A stretch of 20,000 nucleotides of DNA. It comes from Chiloscyllium plagiosum. Taxonomy: Eukaryota. Where the stretch lies: positions 39,713,773 to 39,733,772 of the forward strand of contig NC_057718.1 of the NCBI RefSeq assembly GCF_004010195.1. Reading direction: 5' to 3'. A model generated the notes under the pieces. It ran no database searches. It was not told the DNA's origin and saw nothing but the letters and a program-made list of their open reading frames with translations. A program made the translations under genes and the position numbers. Positions 12,198 through 20,000 of this stretch are shown one piece after another (within the stretch, counting starts at the first letter, position 1; each line of letters starts with the position of its first letter).

Positions 12198-12667
12198 TGG
12201 CGGCCCTTTCTAAATTACATAGACATGGATCTGTCAGCAGTACTGATTATGGCCTTTATATAGCCACAAGAGATATATATGGTGGCCCGAGGACCCGGGG
12301 GAGGCCTAGTAAAGATGGATATAATCACAGTTGCTCCTGTGGATGGGAGCCTTGATGGAGGCGCAGCGAGTGGAGTACTGTAATATAGTACATCGTAGTG
12401 TAATTTAGTTTTAGTGGATTGTAATTTAATTTAATGTTATTTTATTTAATTTGAGTTTAAGCTAATTTGGTTTAAGTAAATATGAGACGATTGTATCTTG
12501 AATAGTAGGCAGTTTATTCTCAGCATTACTGTAATATAATATAATAGTACAATATTATTTCTACTTTTCTGTACTTCTATAACTGTATGGCTTTTTTCAA
12601 TAAATGTATATATTAAAATAAGAAATAAAATACACAGACATTTGGCAATAATACTATGGATTCTCAC

Positions 12668-12765
12668 CTGCTGTCTTTACCATTCTGCATGGCAGAGTAT
12701 CGATCACTGGTCGAGCGTTCACACACATAGGTGTTCCTCCTTGTCATACTAGGGAGCATGTTATT
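12668..12765 (-). CDS. MARK1: MARK1 next coding exon, 98 nt, phase 0 to phase 2 (not in ORF track)
   Basis: Reverse complement reads NNMLPSMTRRNTYVCERSTSDRYSAMQNGKDS+AG, matching recalled MARK1 NN...SMARRNTYVCERTTDRY...QNGKDSS. Acceptor tttCAG at 12771-12766, donor GTGAGA at 12667-12662. The frame joins the upstream exon correctly. Confidence 0.93.
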
Positions 12766-12925
12766 CTGAAATGTTAAATCAATTTATGTCAGTTATCTAT
12801 GTTTTGTAATAAAACTACTAATTATTTTCGAAACAAAATAATTATATCTTTTGAGTTTCAGATGGGGATTCTAACAATTTCAAACATATCATGAATGTTA
12901 ACATTTCCATGGACAGGCAATTATA

Positions 12926-13075
12926 GGAGAAAGTGAGGACTGCAGACGCTGGAGATCAGAGTTGTGAGTACAGAGGAGCAGGAGAATCGATGTTTTGGGG
13001 ATAAACCCAAGGGGTTATTCTCCTGCTCCTCGGATGCTGCCTGACCAGCTGTGCTTTTCCAGCACGACTCTCTCC
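12926..13075. mobile_element. Penelope-terminus-derived fold-back element, internally deleted, with 13-bp TSD
   Basis: Inverted terminus ggagaaagtgaggactgcagacgctggagatc..., then forward ...tcctgctcctcggatgctgcctgaccagctgtgcttttccagcac. TSD acaggcaattata (12913-12925) / acagccaattata (13076-13088). Confidence 0.8.
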
Positions 13076-13404
13076 ACAGCCAATTATATACCATGGATTA
13101 AAGGTACAGCTTCACAGCCACAATTCGCCATGCCACTGATCACATGTCTGTCAATTCAGGTGATATCAGGGCCTTATTGCTGAAGTTACTTTTCCCAATA
13201 ACCATGCATTACATCAAAGATCAAATCTGTAAGAATACCATCATCATATTTAAGCTGTATGTAATAGCTCAGGAAGCCTGATTGGAACATAACAGAGTTT
13301 ATGTTGAACACTAAAACAAAGCCACTACTCATGGCATTGTTTAGCCCCAGCCTGGGACAGACAGCCCTGCACACCCATCCCTGGATCTGTTTGATAGTAT
13401 TTTT

Positions 13405-14920
13405 AATGATTCTGTTTATAGGCATGACAACATGTCTCTGGAGCAGGTGGGACTTGAACCCAGCTCTCCTTGCTCAGGAGGTAGGGACACAGCCATTGCA
13501 CCACAAGGCCCCTATCTGGTTCTGCTTTAGTATTTATTTCAATCAGCCTATTAAGAGATGTTGCTCTACACGTCTGGGGCAGTGGAACTTGAACACAAGC
13601 TTCCACAGCCCAGAGGGAGGGACATTATCACTAAACCACAAGGCCCCTAACTGGGCCAGTGTCATTCTTTTTAAATAGCAGAAAATGTATCATATAAAAT
13701 TGAACACCTTTCCCACCAACAAATTACCGTGACTAATTTTGTGTTATTTAAACTATTAACCACTGCCAGTAATCATCTATGAAGCCAATTAAATACATAC
13801 AATCAAAGCCATGGGCAATGCGAACTATCAAAAGTGAAGGGGAGATAGGGAGAGCAGGAAGGGGCGAAATCAAAATGGAGTTGGGGGGGAGATTATGCAC
13901 GAAAACCCTCGCAGTGCCCAGGTATCTAAAGACATTGAGAGCAGTGACAGACACGATGTCCTCCCTCTCCATGAACACCTGGGTACTAACATAAACACAG
14001 AAGGAGGGCTTGGGTCTATTTTATATTTCTTTTTCTGCACAGATGTGTTAGCACACATAACTGAGCGAACTACCCACCACCAAAATGCCTGAGACTTTTG
14101 TTTTCAAACTATTATCCACCACCAGTAAAAACACCCTTCTGGCCAGTTCAACATTTGCCAGTAAAGCCCATTATGGGCAATGCCAATTATTAAGGAGGGG
14201 GCAGTGGAGAATAAGGCAAGCAGGAAGGCGACTAAATAAAAACAGAGTTGGAGGAGGAAATAAAGCACTCTATCCTCCATAGTGCCCAGCTCTCTCTAAA
14301 GATTTTGAGAGCATTGATGGACACTACATCCTTGCTCTCCAAGGACACCCGGGAATTAACGTAACCACTGGGTCTGCTTTACCTTTTAAAAAATATTTTT
14401 TAATCAACCTGTTCAGAGATGTTATTACATACCTCTGCAACAGGTGGGACTTGAACACGGGCCTCCTGACTTAAAGACAGGGACACTACCACTGCACCAT
14501 AAAGCAAACCCAGCGGGGCTATTATAAGTATTTTTTAATTTAACCACTTTTTCTCATCAACCTGCTCAGATGTTATTACACTCCTGTGGAGCAGGTAGGG
14601 TGCTGGCTTACCAGTCCAGGGGTAGAGACACTACTACAGTGTGACAAAAGCCCCTCTGGGTCTGTTTTTATTTTTAAATCCTATTCAGAGATGTTATTGC
14701 ATACCTCTGGAGTAGGTGGTAACTGAACTCAGGCCTTCTAGTCCAGGGCAGGGGCACTACCATTGTGCTACAGGAGCCTCTCTAATTTTGAAATTTAAAA
14801 AAAAATTAACTTATTTTTCCTAAGCAACCTGTTTAGAGATCTTATTCCACACCTTTGAACATGGTCCTCCTGGTCAAGGAGCAGGACACTCCCACTGTGC
14901 CGCAACGGCCCCACTAGGTC
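13405..14920 (-). repeat. Array of six tRNA-like (A box/B box) ~110-bp units plus a duplicated ~220-bp segment
   Basis: Units at about 13405-13512, 13540-13647, 14401-14510, 14556-14660, 14677-14783 and 14821-14915. Minus-strand consensus resembles gggctcttgtggtgcagtggtagtgtccctacc...gggttcaagtcccacctgctccagaggt..aataacatctctgaacaggttga. Duplicated body at about 13808-14030 and 14166-14385. Confidence 0.75.
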
Positions 14921-15199
14921 TAGTCCAGGTGATGAATTCTAATTGGACAAGTCATTGCCTGCTACCAAAGGATCTCACACTCAACAAGGTCCAGAAGGAG
15001 ATTAATTAGCGATTCTTCGCGCGCCTTGAAGGGGTTCTCACACGATATATAATATACAACTTGAGAATAGGCACAATGTGATTGTTGCACCAATACCTAA
15101 GGAGGCTGCATTTGCTTCTAGTTAACCAGGATATTGTCAGGATTCAAGTGGCAAACACATGTATCCTACAATTATGATAGAAGTTTAAAAATTAGAGCT

Positions 15200-15960
15200 C
15201 TAACACATTCACAAACAACTACACCATCATTGACGAGTAACTCAAATTTTTAAAGATAATAGATCATAAGGATCATGGGATCTTTGGCACGGAAGATGAG
15301 TGAGTCTTTTTTCAAAGGTGTGTCCCCTTACCAGATGGAGTTTGCTATGGTTTTGGCTTTCATGCCAAAACATTTCTCCAGTATTCCATGTTACATCAAT
15401 TTCCACAAGGCCTTTTGGCGAAAACAGTGACAAGATAATGTATACTGTAGTTATACAGTCCATGCAAGATCTAGCTGTTTGAAAACCAGCCTGCTTGTCT
15501 TGTAACCATTTGTCAAGTTCTGTCTTTAGTTTCTCATGTGCAATTCTATTTAACACATTCACTGGTAATGACCACGGAATGATGCTGCTCTGGTTCTTGC
15601 AAATCTTGATAACTTCATATCCATGCTTCCAATTGTGCTACTTTTCTTCAAAGTTTCCTTAATTTTTCTCAGCCAGGTTTGTTTGTATTTCCTGGGAAGA
15701 CTTTTCTGCGCGTGACATCTGGAAGCTGGGTTGAAGTGGCGTGACTAAGCAGTTATTTAAAGTTCTGCCCATCTTTTGAACTCGTCTTCATTTCTGGTGT
15801 GCGAGTGTTGTATTGCTTTTATTCTTTTTTGTTTTATCTGTTGTTATACTGATTTTTTTCATGTTTTGCGGTTCTACTGCACTTTTTAAATATTCAGCGA
15901 GATTTCAATGAACATTCGCTTTTCAGCAACAGTGCTTCTTTTTGATACTTTGTCAACCTC
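15200..15960 (-). mobile_element. Old RTE-clade LINE fragment
   Basis: NVLNRIAHEKLKTELDKWLQDKQAGFQTARSCMDCITTVYII matches the RTE RT motif K..NRI..R...D..LR..QAGFR..RSC.D.I..L.II; upstream RWAE motif near 15770. Boundaries are approximate. Confidence 0.7.
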
Positions 15961-16503
15961 TGGATACTGACCTTGTGCTTTCCACATGGAACTGCTTAGT
16001 TTACAACACAGATACAGTCCTTTTGGCTCAACTGGTCTATGCTGCTGTTTATGTTTCACATAAGACTCCTCTCATCCTACTTTATCTAATGCCAACTGTA
16101 AGTCTTTTATTCTTTTACCCTTTGTGTATACAGCTTACCTCCTCCTAAAGACATTTATGCAATTCTTCTGAAAAACAATGCATACTTTTGTACAGCAGCC
16201 CACTCCACATTCCAATCACTCTCCATGGAAAGAATCCTATTAGTTCGAATGGATCGGTTGGAGCGACATTTCGAGGCAATGAGGAATTTACAGGAACAAA
16301 AATCTCACAATTTTAAATCAAATGGCCTGCAATATTGCCAAAACATACAATGAGCATGCAAGAAGCACTTTAACTTGCATTTCAAATTTACAGATCGAGC
16401 TTGCTTAATCCTGTGTGTGATCTCCTCATTAAAAACACAGAAAAGCATCACTGACCTAAACACTTAGAATCAAAACAAACAGGTGAATCAAATTGCTGCT
16501 TAC

Positions 16504-16697
16504 ACTAGGTCCAGTGGTGGATTTTTTTCTGTCGAGACCCGCCAGTGGGCTTGCGGGCACATCTCCTTTGGAAGTTACAGTGGTGCTACTTAATTTTCGA
16601 ACCATGTCTTTGTCCCAGTCTTCCTTCTGTTCGTTTTCCACACTGTTTGCTTGGGCTCGCTTAGTGTACGAGACAGCAGGTGGTATTGATGGACCAG
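16504..16697 (-). CDS. MARK1: MARK1 internal coding exon (spacer region), 194 nt, phase 1 to phase 0
   Basis: Translates to (A)GPSIPPAVSYTKRAQANSVENEQKEDWDKDMVRKLSSTTVTSKGDVPASPLAGLDRKKSTTGPS. This matches the recalled vertebrate MARK1 segment AGPSIPPAVSYTKRPQANSVESEQKEEWDKD...SPLVGPERKKSST. Acceptor ttttatttctctgtcatgCAG (CAG = 16700-16698); donor GTAAGC at 16503-16498. Confidence 0.93.
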
Positions 16698-17319
16698 CTG
16701 CATGACAGAGAAATAAAAAGGACAAAATCAAACAAACTTACTTGACTCCAGTTGTGCAAAATTTCATGTCCTTTTCAGCTGAACATGTTATTCCTTTTCA
16801 GCTGAACCTATTTAAAGGTGCATCTAATTCACCATGGCCAGACACTTGACAGCATAATTATCAGAAGCATGCAGCAGTAGATAAAGATTACAAACCTAAC
16901 TTGATTTGATCTCTTCACATCACCTTGGATGCGAAAGGATGATTTAAAATAGATGATGGACAGATGAAAATACTACACTGTCACATTGTGATAAAAGCAT
17001 TAAACTCTTGATATCCTTATGAAGCTTACAACTAGTATAATTAACTAAAACTGTGCTCGTCAATTATCACTGTTGAACTTCTCTTTTTACAAAGCTACTC
17101 TCTCTGTTGTCAACGGACACTTTGTGCATGAGTCAGAGGTAACAGGCAAGAACAAAATATATTTCCATATATTAAAGCTGAATTCAATCATCTGACAAAA
17201 CTATTAAAAATATGTAGCAGGACAACAACCAACTGAGAAAGAAAGTTGCCACCCATGTAAATAGTGCGGTGAAGAAGGCATATGGCGTACTGGCTTTTAT
17301 TGGTAGAGGAATTGAGTTC

Positions 17320-17412
17320 NNNNNNNNNNNNNNNNNNNNNNNNNNNNNNNNNNNNNNNNNNNNNNNNNNNNNNNNNNNNNNNNNNNNNNNNNNNNNNNNN
17401 NNNNNNNNNNNN
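17320..17412. other. Assembly gap (93 N)
   Basis: Run of n. Confidence 1.
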
Positions 17413-17556
17413 TGTTTACTCAGCGAGTCGTGAGTTCATGGAATGCCCTGCCAGTAGCAGTGGTGGACTCTCCCTCTATATGGGCATTTAAACGGGCATT
17501 GGATAGGCATATGGAGGATAGTGGGCTAGTAGCAGTGGTGGACTCTCCCTCTTTAT

Positions 17557-17785
17557 GGATAAAGTGAAGTCTGCAGATGCTGGAGATCAGAGCTGAAAAC
17601 GTGTTGCTGGAACAGCGCAGCAGGTCAGGCAGCATCCAAGGAACAGGAGAATCGATGTTTTGGGCATAAGCCCTTCTTCAGGAATCAGATTCCTGAAGAA
17701 GGGCTTATGCCCGAAACGTCGATTCTCCTGTTCCTTGGATGCTGCCTGACCTGCTGTGCTGCTCCAGCAACACATTTTCAGCTCT
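17557..17785. mobile_element. Penelope-terminus-derived palindromic element (98-bp arms, 1-nt centre)
   Basis: 17589-17686 is the reverse complement of 17688-17785 with 5 mismatches. Flanked by ctctccctctttat (17543-17556) / ctctccttctttat (17782-17795). Confidence 0.9.
17687..17726 (+). ncRNA. Putative minimal type I hammerhead ribozyme motif (Penelope-associated)
   Basis: agattc-CUGAAGA-a-GGGC uuau GCCC-GAA-ACGU-C-gattct: conserved core, 4-bp stem II, palindromic ACGU in place of stem III, and stem I of 5/6 pairs. Confidence 0.65.
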
Positions 17786-18254
17786 CCTTCTTTATGGGCA
17801 TTTAAGCGGGCATTGGATAGGCATATGGAGGATAGTGGGCTAGTGTAGGTTAGGTGGGCTTGGATCGGCGCAACATCGAGGGCCAAAGGGCCTGTACTGC
17901 ACTGTATTCTTCTATGTTCTAAATTGCACACATGACACGAGCATTAACATATCTTTCTGAGGGATTGCTTCACGGATTTCCAAGAGTTGTCTCTCCACAT
18001 CTCCCCCCCCACCCCTCCCCCAACCCTATCTCATATTTTCAGGGTTTGATCTTTAAAACAAAAAGTCCTGGTACTCATTCAAGTAATATTAATTCTAATA
18101 TACTAGCTTCTGGGATTTAATTAGGGTGTTACTTCTCAAAATAAACTTTTCTTTTAAAAATCATGAAATTCATAAAAGATAATTAAAAACATCTTGGCGG
18201 AAATTAACGTGTTTCTTTTGTTGATTCAGTGACCGAAGATAAAATTCACAATTA

Positions 18255-19795
18255 GAATGAGGCAAATGTACTGAAGCCAAATTTGCAGATGACACAAAAA
18301 TAGATGGAAAGGCAAGTTGCGAGAGGGATACAAATAGTTCACAGAGAGACATTGATAGGTTAAGTAAATGGGCCAGAAGTTGGCAAATGCCGTATAATGT
18401 GGGAATATTGAATTTGTTCATTTTGGAAGGAAGAAGAGCATTACTGAAATAGAGAAAAATGGCAGAAAGCTGCAGCATAAACAGCATTTGTGCACAAAAC
18501 ACAGAAAGCTAGTACAGAGGGACCTCGATTATCCAAATCATCAAAGAGGTAAACGTACTGTATTTGATTTACCTAAACTGAAGAAGATGTGAAAATGCCG
18601 GCAAAAACAAAGAAACATAAGCACCTCAAGCAGCAGCAAATGGATATTTTTTAAGTAAGGGTTGTTATACAGCTCTTTGCAAGAGTAAGTGTTTTACAGT
18701 ACAGGTACAGTATTCCCGGCACGTTACCGGGCCGTTCATTTAAAACAAAAGGACAAGAACATAAGCACATGCATGAGGTGGGGCTTCTATCTTTCTACCG
18801 CGAGACTGAGTTCCCGGAAAGTGATACTGTAAATGTCTTGAAATCGTAGAAGCTGTTCGGGAACTTGTTTAATGCTGGGATTTCATGGTAAGGGTTTAGT
18901 TCTTCTCATTTTAACCTGTAATTCACAGACTGCAAAGATTGGTTTGTTTAAATGACAAACTCATTCAAGTGATAGATTTAAACAAATTCTCCGGTAGAGC
19001 ACAGCATTAGATCAGTATGGCTTCCTCGTTATAGCTAAAATCGATTATCCGAATAATCGATTATCCGAATGAAATAGTGCCTGCCCATCTCGTTCGGATA
19101 ATCGAGGTTCCTCTGTATAGCACTCAGGTGCAGCAGAAATCAGAAAGGCTCATGCAATGTTGGGCCTTAATTCAAAGAGTATGGAGTATAAGAGAAGGAA
19201 GTCTTATTGCAACTGTACAAGAGCAGTTGAACAAGTGTACTGAGAGCAATTTTGATCCCCTTAGTAAAGGAAAGATATCATTTTTTATCAGAGGCATTTC
19301 CATGAAGGCACACTTGGACCTTTTTTAAAAAGTCCTGGTATGGAAGGATTGTCTTATGAGCAAAGGTTAAAAAGGTTGGGACAATTCTCATTTGCATTTA
19401 GAAAAATGAAGTGAAATGATCTCATTGAAAACATATAGGACTCTTAAGGGGTTTGACAGGGTAAATGCTGATACGATGTTTCCTCCCATGGAAGAGTCTA
19501 GGACCTGAAGGCGTAGTCTCAGAACAAAAGAGCTCCATTTTTAAGATGGAGATGAGGAGGACTTTCTTCTCTCACAGGGTTGAGAATCTTTAGAACTGCT
19601 TGCCACAGAGAACTGTGCAGGCAGAGTCCTTGTGTACATCTAAGGCTGAGATAGATTCTTGATCATTATGGGAATAAAGAGTTAAAAAGAAAGGGCAGAA
19701 AATGGATGTGAGGATTATCAAATCAGCCATGATCCTATTGAACAGCAGAGCAGGTTCAAGGATCCGAATGGTCTACTCCTGTTCCTATTTCTTAG
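18255..19795 (+). mobile_element. Old CR1 LINE (RT FADD to 3' end), interrupted by a MITE
   Basis: KFADDTKIDGKASCERDTNSSQRDIDRLSKWARSWQMPYNV; gatctcattgaaaacatatagg; 3' UTR ...gaatggtctactcctgttcctatttctt. Confidence 0.8.
18515..19115. mobile_element. Tc1/mariner superfamily (Tigger/pogo-type) non-autonomous DNA transposon, 601 bp
   Basis: TIRs cagagggacctcgattatccaaa (18515-18537) and ttcggataatcgaggttcctctg (19093-19115) match at 21/23; TA on both sides (18513-14, 19116-17); no transposase ORF. Confidence 0.88.
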
Positions 19796-19825
19796 TTGAA
19801 GGAAATCCGACATCCACAACAAGTG

Positions 19826-20000
19826 GCACCAATGACATAGGTAGGAGGAGCGCTGAGGATGTTAGGCAGGCTTTCAGGGAGCTAGGTTGGAAGCTCAAAG
19901 TTAGAACAAACAGAGTTGTTGTCTCTGGTTTGTTACCCGTGCCACGTGATAGAGAACAGTTAAATGCGTGGCTACAGAGATGGTGCAGGAGGGAGGGATT
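19826..20000 (+). mobile_element. CR1 LINE ORF1 fragment (SGNH/esterase-like domain), runs off the window
   Basis: GTNDIGRRSAEDVRQAFRELGWKLKVRTNRVVVSGLLPVPRD...LNAWLQRWCRREG. Confidence 0.8.

Larger units (their letters stand above)
7893..12263 (+). pseudogene. L1 ORF2 (APE endonuclease, reverse transcriptase), disrupted
   Basis: ATG at 7893 followed by WNIKG...VDIVLLQ.THL; GDFN; KAPGPDGFPSEFYK; SLNAEKAFDRVEW; GSRQGRPLS; (Y>N)ADD at about 10000; PKCK...TLTHCFWSC at about 11295-11343; ends FYKT|WRPFL...* at 12263 once the CR1 insert is removed. Confidence 0.85.
6269..12619 (+). mobile_element. Near-full-length, inactivated L1-clade LINE, antisense to MARK1
   Basis: 5' UTR, ORF1, T-rich spacer, ORF2 (APE, RT, Cys-rich C-terminus), AATAAA at 12599-12604 and an A-rich tail. 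Candidate TSD aagaaacaaaacaca (6254-6268) / aagaaataaaatacaca (12620-12636) at a TT|AAGAAA site. Confidence 0.85.
17238..17920 (+). mobile_element. 5'-truncated CR1 LINE (same family as 1-579), spanning the gap, with an internal duplication and a nested fold-back element
   Basis: VKKAYGVLAFIGRGIEF before the gap; 17415-17530 and 17786-17920 are near-identical to about 385-577. Confidence 0.88.

Noticed and set aside
13405..14920. Cluster of genuine tRNA genes
   Set aside because: Units are highly diverged from each other, several lack a B box, and I cannot fold a consistent cloverleaf. They are tRNA-derived at most.
16456..16731. 91-aa minus-strand ORF as a standalone gene
   Set aside because: It is the MARK1 exon plus intronic flanks; splice sites delimit 16504-16697.
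16736..16745. GTAAGT donor-like motif upstream of the 194-nt exon
   Set aside because: It is only about 44 nt from the acceptor, too short for a normal intron, and the sequence before it does not translate to the expected MARK1 (RRFSDH) residues.

Overview
Vertebrate genomic DNA, almost certainly from a cartilaginous fish (shark), judged from an HE1-type SINE and HER1/CR1-type LINEs. There are no prokaryotic features. The window lies inside a MARK1 (MAP/microtubule affinity-regulating kinase 1) gene on the minus strand. Two coding exons are present (16697-16504, 194 nt; 12765-12668, 98 nt), with canonical AG/GT sites and compatible phases. The rest is intron and mostly transposon-derived: several CR1 LINE fragments, a Penelope-like element (RT plus GIY-YIG), a near-full-length dead L1-clade LINE (about 6269-12619) carrying nested SINE and CR1 insertions, an RTE fragment, SINEs and a 601-bp Tigger/pogo-type MITE. 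There is a 93-N assembly gap at 17320-17412. Two things stand out. (i) Short, TSD-flanked, fold-back elements built from inverted Penelope termini; one has 98-bp arms and an apparently intact minimal hammerhead-ribozyme core on the strand antisense to MARK1, while the MARK1-sense copies are broken. (ii) A roughly 1.5-kb array of six co-oriented tRNA-like Pol III heads interleaved with a duplicated ~220-bp body. Family names are recognised from memory, not from database searches.
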